Part shown: piece by piece, positions 1 to 9,164 of the stretch
Layout of the letters: each line of letters starts with the position of its first letter
How positions within the stretch are numbered: position 1 is the stretch's first letter
NCBI GenBank assembly: GCA_965247775.1
Contig: OZ252031.1
Coordinates: forward strand, 148,294-212,293
Length of the DNA stretch: 64,000 nt
Source of the DNA: Dehalococcoidia bacterium
GTDB taxonomy: Bacteria; Chloroflexota; Dehalococcoidia; Bin125
Direction: 5' to 3'
Notes under the pieces: generated by a model
Told to the model about the DNA's origin: nothing
Seen by the model: the letters and a program-made list of their open reading frames with translations, nothing else
Databases searched by the model: none
Program-made: the position numbers and the translations under genes

Positions 1-471
1 ACGATCGGCGATACGTACGGGGTCTACGGGTTCAGCGGCTACGGCCGGGACAACGTGGAGTTCTACGTAATCAAGGACATGGAGGAAACCCTGAGCGAGA
101 CCGTCAAGGAGCGTATCGACACGATCGCGCCGGTCCGCTCCACGCGCATGGGTCCCGCCATCCGGCACTGCATTTCCAAGCTCAACCAGACCGGGGCGAA
201 GGTGAAGATCCTGGTTCTGCTTTCGGACGGGCGGCCGCAGGACCATGGCTACGGGCGCGACCGTACCGAGAAGGAATACGCGATCCACGACACGCGCATG
301 GCGCTGATCGAGGCGCGGCGGGAGGGGATGACGCCCTTCTGTCTGACGGTGGACCGGGCGGGGCATGACTACCTCAAGCAGATGTGCCAGGACATGGGCT
401 ACGAGGTGGTGGGGGATATCGAGTCGTTGCCGCGGCGGCTGCCGACGCTCTACCGGCGGCTGACGCAGTAG
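1..471 (+). CDS. NorD/CbbO-like von Willebrand factor A domain protein, C-terminal part (5' truncated by window edge)
   Basis: Frame open from base 1 (TIGDTYGVYGFSG...). Motifs STRMGPAIRH, LLSDGRPQD and PFCLTVD are typical of NorD/CbbO VWA partners of MoxR AAA+ ATPases. Confidence 0.8.
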   Translation, partial: TIGDTYGVYGFSGYGRDNVEFYVIKDMEETLSETVKERIDTIAPVRSTRMGPAIRHCISKLNQTGAKVKILVLLSDGRPQDHGYGRDRTEKEYAIHDTRMALIEARREGMTPFCLTVDRAGHDYLKQMCQDMGYEVVGDIESLPRRLPTLYRRLTQ

Positions 472-1475
472 GCGGCGTTGCCTGCGCCCTCCTCCTCCAC
501 GATGTCGCCGCGCTCGGCGAGGGCGTCGATGTGGCCGACGACTTCGGCCATGGCCTGCCAGAGGCGGCCGTCGGGCAGGTGGGGGAAGAACTTGCACAGC
601 AGCTCGTAGGGGGTGAGGGGGCCGTCGCGGAGGAAGCGGAGGACGCGCCCCTGGCGCTTGGCGTGATGGTCCAGGGTGCGGGCGATGGCGGCGGGCGCGT
701 CCTCGTTGGGGCCGCCGTGGCCGGGGTAGAGATGGCGGGGGCGGTGCGCAGCGATGCGCTGCAGGGATCGGGTGTAGGCGGGGAGGCTGCGGAAGCGGCT
801 GCGGTCGGCGAGGAAGTGGATGCCGGGGTTGGGGGTGATGCGGGGCAGCAACTGGTCGCCGCTGAACAGGCAGCCCGAAGCCTCTTCCAGATAGACGGCG
901 TTGCCCGGGGTGTGCCCCGGGGCGGAGAGGAAGGTCAGCGCCCGCTCTCCCAACCGGACGACATCGCCGTCGTGGAGCCGGCGGTCGGGGGAGAAGGGGG
1001 CGCCGCGGAGGAAGCCGGGCCAGCGCTCTCGCGTGGGGGTTTGTCCCTTGGTGAGCCGCTCCTCCCGCGCCGCCTGGGCGCGCAAGAAGCGCTCCAGCCG
1101 TTGCGCCGGCACGCCCGCTTCCAGGAAGAAGCGGAAGACCAAGTCGCTCTGGAAGCGGACGACGCGGTCGCCGAGGAGGAAGCGGTCGACCTCGTCGGCC
1201 GAGGCGGCGACCTCGGCGCCTGTCTGCTGCCAGCGGCGAGCGAGGCCGCAGTGGTCGATGTGGGCGTGGGTGATGAGGACGGTGCGTACGTCGGATACGT
1301 CCAGGCCGGCGGCGTGGAGTTGGGCGGCGAGTACGTCCCAAGCGCCCTCGTAGTCGGGGCCGGCGTCGATGAGGAGGACGCCTTGGGAGGAGGGGAGGGC
1401 GTAGATCCAGTTGGCTCCCAGGGCAATGGAGAGGACGTTGTGCTCGTCGAGCATGCCGGCGTCGGACTCGGTCAC
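450..1475 (-). CDS. MBL-fold metallo-hydrolase with C-terminal winged-helix domain
   Basis: THAHIDHCG (HxHxDH), PGHT, FSGD and PGHG motifs. Confidence 0.9.
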   Translation of the reverse strand: MTESDAGMLDEHNVLSIALGANWIYALPSSQGVLLIDAGPDYEGAWDVLAAQLHAAGLDVSDVRTVLITHAHIDHCGLARRWQQTGAEVAASADEVDRFLLGDRVVRFQSDLVFRFFLEAGVPAQRLERFLRAQAAREERLTKGQTPTRERWPGFLRGAPFSPDRRLHDGDVVRLGERALTFLSAPGHTPGNAVYLEEASGCLFSGDQLLPRITPNPGIHFLADRSRFRSLPAYTRSLQRIAAHRPRHLYPGHGGPNEDAPAAIARTLDHHAKRQGRVLRFLRDGPLTPYELLCKFFPHLPDGRLWQAMAEVVGHIDALAERGDIVEEEGAGNAAYCVSRR

Positions 1476-1805
1476 CGGCGGAGTGTGACCGCGGCGGGGC
1501 CGGCGAGCAAGGTGGGCCGAGTCGTTCGGTGGGTGCGCCGCCGATCACGCCGAAGTCATCGCCCTCCCCCAGGCAATCGGCCGCATCGACCGCGAGGGCG
1601 GCGAAGCCCTGGACCGCGCGGCCTCTTCGTCTGGGGTCAGACCTTCAGCGACATCGACCCCTTCACCATCGAGGCCGTCACCCAAACGACCGAGCCCCGC
1701 CCTCCACGCCGTCGCCGACCGCTCCACCATCCCCGACCGCGAAGGCGCCTGCGGCTGATCCCCCGCTCATCACACCACGGGCTACCCAACCCGGGAGGAA
1801 TCCGC

Positions 1806-1825
1806 TATACTCGGTTACGTAACCG
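1806..1825 (+). promoter_or_regulatory. Possible -10 box (TATACT) followed directly by perfect 14-bp palindrome CGGTTACGTAACCG
   Basis: TATACT at 1806-1811 and palindrome at 1812-1825, in an AT-richer intergenic patch. Confidence 0.4.
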
Positions 1826-1940
1826 CTATCAGCGTTCTCCCCGATCACTGAAACGCGGAATTCCCCCCGGATTCGCGCACCCGGCACGACCGGGACCACG
1901 AAAACCCCGGGAAAGACGGGGGATTCCTGCCCTTTCTCCC

Positions 1941-2020
1941 CTGCACAAACGTGCACAAACGCGCACAACCCTGCACCACCGTGACCCCAGATGACCCTCG
2001 CTGACCCCAGATGACACCCT
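1941..2020. repeat. 10-bp-period tandem repeats (4 x ~NTGCACAAAC, then 4 x ~NTGACCCCAG)
   Basis: ctgcacaaac gtgcacaaac gcgcacaacc ctgcaccacc | gtgaccccag atgaccctcg ctgaccccag atgacaccct. Confidence 0.8.
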
Positions 2021-2106
2021 CTGCGGACCCCTACCCCCCGGCCCCCGACCCCCCAGTGCCTCGACGCCAGCCCCCCCAACGATGTCTCCCCGGGCCTGGC
2101 TCGCCC

Positions 2107-2146
2107 TTGACGAATCCCTGGATCGTTCCAATACTTGGAATGGTCC
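2107..2146 (+). promoter_or_regulatory. Sigma70-like promoter with inverted-repeat operator over the -10 box (probable PadR autorepression site)
   Basis: TTGACG at 2107-2112, 17-nt spacer, AATACT at 2130-2135. Inverted repeat TTCCAA-TAC-TTGGAA at 2126-2140, extendable to 2120-2146. Confidence 0.6.
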
Positions 2147-2207
2147 GGCCAGCGGGCCGCCCCAAGCGCCGATCGTGGTGCCGGCGCCCCGCCCAAGGGA
2201 GGCAACC

Positions 2208-2516
2208 ATGGCCCTCGCCCGCAACCAGTTCCTCGTCCTCGACTACCTCGTCGCCCAGCCCGGCGAACTCGCCGGCATCGACGTCGCCGACGCCATCGCC
2301 GTCCTCGGCCGCAGCTCCGTCTACGCCGCCCTCGCCGCCCTCCAGCGCGACGGCCTCATCGAGGCCCGCTGGGACCACAGCGCCTCCCATCCCCGCCGCC
2401 TCGTCCGCGTCAACGGCGCCGGCCGCGAGGCCCTCGCCGCCGAGCGCGGCCTGCGCGGCGGGCCTGCCGGGCCAGCTCCCACGACGCCGGCCGCGACCAC
2501 GGAGGTAACGGCATGA
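2208..2516 (+). CDS. PadR-family transcriptional regulator
   Basis: GGAGG RBS before the ATG at 2208. SSVYAALAALQRDGLIEARW...PRRLVRVNGAGREAL fits the PadR wHTH signature. Confidence 0.8.
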   Translation: MALARNQFLVLDYLVAQPGELAGIDVADAIAVLGRSSVYAALAALQRDGLIEARWDHSASHPRRLVRVNGAGREALAAERGLRGGPAGPAPTTPAATTEVTA

Positions 2517-3358
2517 GCCTCGCCCCCTACCGCACCCTCCCCCCTCCCCCTCCGCCGGCATCGGACCCGCGCACCGCGACCGCCTCCGCCGGACCCCTCG
2601 CGCGCGCCCTCGACGCCCTCCTGCTCGGGATCGTCGGCCGCGCCTGGCTCGGCCTCTGGCTGCGCCTCTACCCCCAGGCCCGTCCCGTCCTGGCCTGGAC
2701 GTACCACGAGGAGATGGCCGCCGCGCCCCCCGCACGACGCTGGCGGCGCGGCCTCAGCTTCTTCGCCGGCCTCCCTCGCACCGCCGCCGCGCAGGCCCAG
2801 GCCGAAAGCAACGACGCCACCCACACCGGCGGCGACCCGCCCGAGCCACCGCCGTGGCCCAACGCCGGCTCCAGCGAACTCCCCCGCCTGCTGAGTCTCG
2901 CCGCGAGCTTGGTGGCCGGGGTCTTCTTCGCCTTCTTCGCCGTCGTCACCTGGTTCGCCGTGGCGGGCGAGATGGGCAACATCCTCGGCCGCACTCGCCC
3001 CACCAGCGGCGACGAGATCGCCGCCCTGGGCCTGATGGCGCTCGTCGCCTCCGCCCCCGTCCTGGCCATCCTCTACCGACGCCGCTTCGTCTGGCGTCGG
3101 CCCGCCGACACCGGCGAGTCCACGCCCCAACTCATCGGCTGGGCCGCCGCCCTGGTGGCCTTCGGCGCCCTCGCCTTCATCATCTGGCTCGGCGTCGTCG
3201 TGGAGAACATCGACCGCCTCGGCGGTCGCTCCGTTCACGCCTTCGACAACACCCTAGGCCTGGCCATCATGCCCATCGTTGCGGCGCTGCCCCTGGCCGC
3301 CCTGGTCCGCCGCCGCCACTGGCTCGAACGGCGCCCCAGCGAAGACCGCGCCGTTTAG
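2513..3358 (+). CDS. Hypothetical membrane protein (N-terminal W/R-rich domain plus duplicated 2-TM hairpin)
   Basis: ATGA overlap with the padR stop and a GGAGG RBS. About 4 hydrophobic segments form two similar units, each ending RRR..W..RP. Confidence 0.75.
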   Translation: MSLAPYRTLPPPPPPASDPRTATASAGPLARALDALLLGIVGRAWLGLWLRLYPQARPVLAWTYHEEMAAAPPARRWRRGLSFFAGLPRTAAAQAQAESNDATHTGGDPPEPPPWPNAGSSELPRLLSLAASLVAGVFFAFFAVVTWFAVAGEMGNILGRTRPTSGDEIAALGLMALVASAPVLAILYRRRFVWRRPADTGESTPQLIGWAAALVAFGALAFIIWLGVVVENIDRLGGRSVHAFDNTLGLAIMPIVAALPLAALVRRRHWLERRPSEDRAV

Positions 3359-3373
3359 CGCCCCCGCCACGCC

Positions 3374-3889
3374 ATGCCAGGCCTCCGTCCCCAGCAGCCG
3401 CCCCGCCTCCACTCGCTGCTCGCGTCCGCCGCGTACGGCTGGTGGCGCCTCTGGCGCTGGTGCTATCCGGCCGCCGGCCCCGTCCTGGACGAGGTCGTCC
3501 GGCACGAGACCGCCCCCCGCCATCGCGCGAGGGCCCGCCTGGCCTTCCTCGCCCGCTTGCCCCTGCTGGCGCGCGCGCAAGCCGCGGCCGAGCGATCCCC
3601 CACGACGCGGACGCGCGACAGCGACGCCCCTCCGCCGCAGCCCCCCGGCGCCGCCATGCGCGAAGCCGCGATCGCCCTCCTGGGCCTGGGCTGGACCATC
3701 TCCGCCATCGCCATCGCCGTCTCCATGGCGGCCACCGGCAACTTCCTCTTCGAGTACGCCCCCCAACCGGGCCAGGAGGAAGTGGGCTCGCCCTACTTCC
3801 ATATCGCCGCCCCCGCTTTCCTCCTCCCCCTGCCGTTCGCGGCGTCCGTCTTCGCTTGGGGCTGGCTGCGAACGCGTCTGGGCAGATAG
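3374..3889 (+). CDS. Hypothetical membrane protein, paralogous to the N-terminus of 2513-3358
   Basis: WWRLWRWCYPAAGPVL...RLAFLARLP...AQAAAE aligns with WLGLWLRLYPQARPVL...GLSFFAGLP...AQAQAE. Two TM segments. Confidence 0.7.
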   Translation: MPGLRPQQPPRLHSLLASAAYGWWRLWRWCYPAAGPVLDEVVRHETAPRHRARARLAFLARLPLLARAQAAAERSPTTRTRDSDAPPPQPPGAAMREAAIALLGLGWTISAIAIAVSMAATGNFLFEYAPQPGQEEVGSPYFHIAAPAFLLPLPFAASVFAWGWLRTRLGR

Positions 3890-4168
3890 CGCCGCCACCC
3901 CTCCCCGTCTTGGACTCGTCCCATCGATAGGGCGTCGAGGATGGGGGCGTCGGCGTCATCGCGGCTAGAGGCGGCGGCGAGGAGCAGCGGGCCCGCGGAT
4001 CCGATCCGCTTGCGGATTGGTCCATCTTGCGGTCGCCCACGTTGTGCCGGGCTGTGCCCGGACGTGGACTCGTGCCGGCCGGTCGTGGGAACGGCATCGA
4101 TACGTGCGGCAGGTAGCGGGCGATTCGGCGGGCGGCGAGGCGGGCGGGCGGGGTGATGGTGTGCGGGC

Positions 4169-5443
4169 TCAGGGGCGGCCGGGGCGGCGGCCGAAGGCTT
4201 GCTCCTGGGGGCGGAGTTCGCCGAGGGCGGCGCGGCGGAGGAGGAGGAGGGCGGTGGTGACGGCGCGGCGCTTGATGGCGTCGCGGGTCTGGGCAAAGAC
4301 GTAGGTGGCGTGGGATTTCTCGGTGGGGGTCTCGATGCCGATGTGGATGGCGCCGACGGGCTTGCTGCCGTGGGCGTCGGGGCCGGCGACGCCGGTGATG
4401 CCGAGGCCGATGTCGGCCTCGAGTTCCTGGCGGACGGCGGCGGCCATGGCGCGGGCGGTCTCCTCACTGACGACGCCGTGCTGGAGGATGGTCTCGCCGG
4501 GGACGCCGTAGCGCTGCTTGGCCTCCTCGGTGTAGGTGACGAGGCCGCCGCGGACGTAGTCACTCGAGCCGGGCACGTCGGTGAGGGTGCTGGCGAGGAG
4601 GCCGCCGGTGGCGGATTCCATGACGGCGACGCTGAGGCCGTGCTGCTTGAGGAGGTCGCCGACGGCGCCGGCGAGGGTGTCGTCGTCGGTGCCCCAGACG
4701 GCGGTGCCGAAGAGGTCGCGGATCTCCTGCTCGACGGGGTAGATGAGGCTGTAGGCCTCGGCCTCGGTGGGGGCCTTGGCGGTGAGGCGCAGGTGGACGC
4801 CGTCAGTCTTGGCGTAGACGCCGATGCTGGGGTTGGGGTTCTTGAGGAGGGGGCTGGCCATCTCGTCGACGTGTCCCTCGCCGAGGCCGATGGTCTTGAT
4901 GGTGCGGCTGATGAGGACGGCGCCGTCGCTGCGTTCGGCCAGGCGGGGGGCGACCCGCTGCTCCCACATGCCGGTCATCTCGGCGGGGGGGCCGGGCATC
5001 GCGACGATGATGCCCTGGGGCGTCTCAACCCACCAGCCGGGGGCGGTGCCGCGCGGGTTGGGGAGGATCTCGCCGGAGGGGATGATGGTGGCCTGCTTGA
5101 GGTTGCGCTCGGGCATGGTGATGTTGCGGCTGGTGAAGAACTGGCGCAGATGGGCCTCGGCGGCGGCGTCGATGGTGGCTGTCTCGCCGACGGCGGCGGC
5201 GATGGCGTCGCGGGTGACGTCGTCCTCGGTGGGCCCGAGGCCGCCGGTGAGGAGGACGACGTCGGAGCGCTGCAGGGCGGTGGCGATGAGGTCGGTAAGG
5301 CGGGCGCGGTTGTCGCCGATCTGGTGCATGTAGTAGAGGTCGACGCCGAGGGCGGGGAGGCGCTGGGCGATGTGGCTGGCGTTGGTGTCCTGGATATCGC
5401 CAAGCAGGATCTCGGTGCCGATGGAGATGATTTCCGCGCGCAT
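4169..5443 (-). CDS. cinA: Competence/damage-inducible protein CinA (NMN deamidase with MoCF domain)
   Basis: MRAEIISIGTEILLG, TGGLGPTEDDVT, ESATGG and ITGVAGP motifs. GGAGG RBS upstream of 5443. Confidence 0.95.
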   Translation of the reverse strand: MRAEIISIGTEILLGDIQDTNASHIAQRLPALGVDLYYMHQIGDNRARLTDLIATALQRSDVVLLTGGLGPTEDDVTRDAIAAAVGETATIDAAAEAHLRQFFTSRNITMPERNLKQATIIPSGEILPNPRGTAPGWWVETPQGIIVAMPGPPAEMTGMWEQRVAPRLAERSDGAVLISRTIKTIGLGEGHVDEMASPLLKNPNPSIGVYAKTDGVHLRLTAKAPTEAEAYSLIYPVEQEIRDLFGTAVWGTDDDTLAGAVGDLLKQHGLSVAVMESATGGLLASTLTDVPGSSDYVRGGLVTYTEEAKQRYGVPGETILQHGVVSEETARAMAAAVRQELEADIGLGITGVAGPDAHGSKPVGAIHIGIETPTEKSHATYVFAQTRDAIKRRAVTTALLLLRRAALGELRPQEQAFGRRPGRP

Positions 5444-5501
5444 TTCGCCTCCCTCTGGCCGCCTCCGCCCGGCTCCGGGGCCTCTTGCCGGCGGGGACAG
5501 C

Positions 5502-6287
5502 CTAGCGGTGGACGACGACGCGGCCGTGTTCGTCGATGCGGGCGGTGGGGACGAGGTCCTCGGCGTCGAGGATGGCGGCGAAGGTGAGGTCGTCGCGGAA
5601 GCCGAGGGCGCGCAGGTGGGCGGCGTGGGGGGACTCGGCAAAGGCGGCGGCGGGGTCGCCGTTGTAGGCGCGGAAGAGGTGCTGGGCAAGGAGAGCGCCG
5701 GCTTCGAGCTGGGCTGGGGGATCGGCCGGGGCCTGGAGCGCGGCGGCCACGATGGCGCCGGCCGTGAAAGCATCCTCGATCGAGGGGGCCGTGGCGAGAC
5801 GCTCGCCGGCGCAGACGATGGCGAGGCTTCGCCGTGTGGCCAGCGCGGCCGTGGCGACGGCGGCGCGGTTGCGCACGCAGCCGACGAGGGTGCTGGGGGC
5901 GTGGTGGGCGAGGCGCAGGGCGCGGGTGCCGTTGCTGGTGGACTGGACCAGGGTGCGGCCGCGCAGGTCGAGGCGGGCGAACTCGCTGGGGGAGTTGCCG
6001 AAGTCGAAGCCGTCCAGGCGCAGTCCGTCGCGCTCGCCGCAGAGCTGGGCGGCGGGGAGGGCGGCGGCGAGCGAGCGGGCTTCGGCGTCGGTGGCGCAGG
6101 TGTAGACGGCCTCAGCGCCGGCGGTGAGGAGGGAGAGGAGGGCGGTGGTAGCGCGGAGGGTGTCGACGACGACGAGGGTGCGGGCCGCGACGCGCTCGGG
6201 GGGCGGAGGGGTGAAGAAGACGTTGATCGCGGTGACGCCGAGGTGGGGCGCGGGCGTGGGCAGGCGGGGGTCGGTCTGCGAGCGCAT
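5502..6287 (-). CDS. comB: 2-phosphosulfolactate phosphatase family protein
   Basis: VVVDTLRATT, GERDG..DFGNSP, TSNGT and EDAFTAG motifs. Confidence 0.9.
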   Translation of the reverse strand: MRSQTDPRLPTPAPHLGVTAINVFFTPPPPERVAARTLVVVDTLRATTALLSLLTAGAEAVYTCATDAEARSLAAALPAAQLCGERDGLRLDGFDFGNSPSEFARLDLRGRTLVQSTSNGTRALRLAHHAPSTLVGCVRNRAAVATAALATRRSLAIVCAGERLATAPSIEDAFTAGAIVAAALQAPADPPAQLEAGALLAQHLFRAYNGDPAAAFAESPHAAHLRALGFRDDLTFAAILDAEDLVPTARIDEHGRVVVHR

Positions 6288-6305
6288 GGTGGGTAGTATG
6301 GGCCT

Positions 6306-7124
6306 ATGGCCTCCCGCCACGAGTTGCCGTTCCGCGACAAGCTGGCCGCCGCCGCTCGGCGCAACGGATCGCTGCTATGCGTGGGGCTGGATCCGCAGCC
6401 GGATCGGTTGCCGGTGTCGGACGTGCTGGCCTTCACGCGAGCGATCATCGAGGCGACGTCGGACCTGGTCTGCGCGTTCAAGCCGCAATCCGCCTTCTTC
6501 GAGGCGCTGGGGGCGGACGGTTGGGGGATCCTGCGCCAAACGATTGCGGCGGCGCCGGACGACATTCCCGTGATTCTGGACGTCAAGCGGGGGGATATCG
6601 CGCATACGGCGGAGGCCTACGCGGAGGCCTGCTTCGAGCGGCTGGACGCCGACGCCGTGACGCTGAATCCCTACCTGGGGGCGGACGCTGTCGCGCCCTT
6701 CCTGACGCGACCCGAGCGGGGGGCGTTCGTGCTGTGCCGGACGTCGAACCCGGGCGGGGCGGACCTGCAAGAGCTGCAGGTAGAGGGGGAGCCGCTGTTC
6801 CTGCGGGTGGCGGAGCTGGCTCGCGACTGGGGGGCCGCGCAGGACAACGTGGGCTTGGTCGTGGGGGCGACCTACCCGCGCGAACTGGCGGCGGTGCGGT
6901 CGCGCTGTCCCGACTTGCCGATCCTGATGCCGGGTATTGGGGCGCAGGGCGGCGATCTGGAAGCGGCCGTGCAGGCGGGGCGAGACGGGCAGGGGGGGAA
7001 CCTGGTCGTGAACGCGTCACGGGGGGTGATCTACGCGTCGGGCGGGAGCGACTTCGCGGAGGCGGCGCGGGCCGAGGCACGGCGCTTGCGCGACGCGATC
7101 AACGCCGTGCCGGCGCCGTCCTGA
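6306..7124 (+). CDS. pyrF: Orotidine-5'-phosphate decarboxylase
   Basis: [28 protein letters not shown] and PGIGAQGG motifs. Confidence 0.97.
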   Translation: MASRHELPFRDKLAAAARRNGSLLCVGLDPQPDRLPVSDVLAFTRAIIEATSDLVCAFKPQSAFFEALGADGWGILRQTIAAAPDDIPVILDVKRGDIAHTAEAYAEACFERLDADAVTLNPYLGADAVAPFLTRPERGAFVLCRTSNPGGADLQELQVEGEPLFLRVAELARDWGAAQDNVGLVVGATYPRELAAVRSRCPDLPILMPGIGAQGGDLEAAVQAGRDGQGGNLVVNASRGVIYASGGSDFAEAARAEARRLRDAINAVPAPS

Positions 7125-7128
7125 GCCG

Positions 7129-7359
7129 GTGGCAATCGTTGAATTCCGGCTGGGCGACGGGGTGGAGCTGCGCAAGCCGCACCCCTGCGGGGGGCGGGCG
7201 TGGACGGTGGTGCGGCTGGGGGCGGACATTGGGCTGAGCTGCGACACGTGCGGACAGCGGCTGCTGCTGTCGCGGTCGCGGCTGGAGCGGCGGCTGCGGC
7301 GGGTGGTGCGCGGAAGCGCCGAGGCAGCCGGGGCGCCGCCGGATGCGAGCGATGGCTGA
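7129..7359 (+). CDS. DUF951 domain-containing protein
   Basis: KPHPCGG...W...[14 protein letters not shown] signature. Confidence 0.9.
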   Translation: MAIVEFRLGDGVELRKPHPCGGRAWTVVRLGADIGLSCDTCGQRLLLSRSRLERRLRRVVRGSAEAAGAPPDASDG

Positions 7360-7573
7360 GGGCGGGCCGGAGGAGCGGGTGGCGCAGGAGGCGCCGGTTC
7401 ACCTGAACCGCGATTTCCGCGTTCTCTGGCTCTCGCGGGCGCTGGGACAGACCGGGCATCAGACGGCGAGTTTCGGCTCGCTGATCGTGCTGGCCGTGGC
7501 CGGGCCGTTTATCGGGCCGGCGGCGTCGGCGCTGGCGCCCACCCTGGTGGCGCGGGACAGGAGGGGTGCATGA
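7352..7573 (+). pseudogene. Collapsed MFS transporter remnant
   Basis: [17 protein letters not shown] is an MFS N-terminal motif joined to PAASALAPTLV, a later MFS segment. Only 73 aa long. Confidence 0.55.
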
Positions 7574-9015
7574 GCGCCCCCGATCCGCCGCCTCCTCCAG
7601 GGGAGGCCGGGGCGGAGGGCGAGGGGCCTGTGGAGGAGGGACTGGAGACGGTGGCGCCGCCCTCGCTGCTGCGGAACCCCGACTTCCTGGCGCTGTGGTT
7701 CGCGCAGGGGTTCTCGCTGGTGGTGAACACGGCGCTGCAGTTCGTGCTGCTGATCCTGGTCGTGGAGCAGACGGGGAGCAGCATCGCGGGGTCGGGGCTG
7801 ATCATCTTCCTGGCGGCGCCGCCGGTGCTCTTCGGGCCGATTTCGGGGATCGTGGTGGACCGGATCGACAAGCGCCGGGTGCTGATGGTGACGAACGTGG
7901 TGCGGGGGGCGGCGACGCTGCTGTTGCTGGTGGGGGATGTGTCGGTGGCGTCGATCTACGCGGTGGCGTTCGTGACCGCGACGATGGGGCAGTTCAACCT
8001 GCCGGCGGCGCAGGCGTCGGTGCCGGCGTTCGTGCCGCGGGCGCAGTTCCTGAGCGCCAATTCGGTGTTTCAACTGACGACGGCGGTGGGACAGTTGCTG
8101 GGCATGGTGCTGGTGGCGCCGCTGATGCTGAAGGCGCTGGGCTTCGACGCGTCGTACATCGTGGGGGGGGTGCTGATCCTGGTGACGGTGCCAGTGCTGG
8201 CGCGGCTGCCGGCGCTGCCCCCGAGTACGGATCAGGATGCGGATACGTGGCGGGCGCGGCTGCGTGCGGTGCCGCGCGACTTGCACGACACCTGGGTGGT
8301 GGTGCGGCGGGACCGGCTGACGCAGCTGGCGATGCTGCAGCTCTCGGTGGGGGGGATGCTGCTGTTCATGTTCGCGCTGCTGGTGCCGCGCTTCGTGGAG
8401 GACGTGCTGCAGCGCCCGCCGGATGACTCGGTGTTCGTGTTCTGGCCGGTGGGGTTGGGGGCGCTGCTGGCGCTGCGGGCGCTGCCGGCGTTAGGGCGGC
8501 GCTACCCGCCGACGGGGATCGTGACGGTGGGGCTGCTGGGGCTGACGGTTTCGATCGGGGCGTTCGGGGCGATCAATTTCCTGGTGGAGGCGCTGGAGAG
8601 CACGCCGGTGGGGCTGGACAACGTGGAGGGGGACGTGCTGTTCATCGCGGTCACGCTGGTGCTGGCGTTCCCGATGGGGATCACGTACGCGATGGTGAAC
8701 GCGCCGGCGCAGACGGTGCTGCACGAACGGGCGCCGGCGGCGCTGCGCGGGCGGATCTTCGCCTCGCAGCTCATGGTGACGAATGGGGCGTCGATGGTGG
8801 CGCTGCTGCTGGTGGGGGCGATCGCCGATGCGTCGAGCGTGGAGGCGGCGCTGTTCGCGGTCGCGGGGCTGACGCTGCTGACGGCGCTGACGAGCGTGCA
8901 GATGCGCCGGGTGATCGGGCGGGCGGGGACGGAGGCGGAGGTCGCGGGGCCGGGCGAGGGGGGCGCGGGGCCAGATCCGGCGGGGGCCGATGAGGAGGGG
9001 GGGGAAGAGCGATAA
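7570..9015 (+). CDS. MFS transporter (DHA3/MefA-like)
   Basis: NPDFLALWFAQ, motif A GIVVDRIDKRR, and about 12 TM segments. Confidence 0.9.
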   Translation: MSAPDPPPPPGEAGAEGEGPVEEGLETVAPPSLLRNPDFLALWFAQGFSLVVNTALQFVLLILVVEQTGSSIAGSGLIIFLAAPPVLFGPISGIVVDRIDKRRVLMVTNVVRGAATLLLLVGDVSVASIYAVAFVTATMGQFNLPAAQASVPAFVPRAQFLSANSVFQLTTAVGQLLGMVLVAPLMLKALGFDASYIVGGVLILVTVPVLARLPALPPSTDQDADTWRARLRAVPRDLHDTWVVVRRDRLTQLAMLQLSVGGMLLFMFALLVPRFVEDVLQRPPDDSVFVFWPVGLGALLALRALPALGRRYPPTGIVTVGLLGLTVSIGAFGAINFLVEALESTPVGLDNVEGDVLFIAVTLVLAFPMGITYAMVNAPAQTVLHERAPAALRGRIFASQLMVTNGASMVALLLVGAIADASSVEAALFAVAGLTLLTALTSVQMRRVIGRAGTEAEVAGPGEGGAGPDPAGADEEGGEER

Positions 9016-9052
9016 GCGGATGGATCCGAGGAGGGGATCCGGGGCGGGTTCC

Positions 9053-9082
9053 TTGACAGCGATTTTCGGCCGTTCTTAGGCT
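9053..9082 (+). promoter_or_regulatory. Sigma70-type promoter
   Basis: TTGACA at 9053-9058, 18-nt spacer, TAGGCT at 9077-9082, upstream of the DUF151 gene. Confidence 0.55.
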
Positions 9083-9164
9083 GGATCGGGGAGCGGCTGC
9101 GCTGGCGGGGGGGATTTGGCCCGGGAGCGAAGCGGCGGATGGCCGCGCAGGGATGGGAGGCGTC

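Noticed and set aside
1941-2020. CRISPR array
   Set aside because: Units are 10 bp and contiguous with no spacers, and there are no cas genes.
5502-6287. Coenzyme M biosynthesis (comB plus a ComC-like gene)
   Set aside because: comB homologs are widespread, the Ldh_2 gene is 54 kb away and broken, and comA/comDE are not seen.
4169-6586. 805-aa apparent N-terminally extended CinA
   Set aside because: The extension is an off-frame read of comB. CinA has its own RBS and start at 5443.
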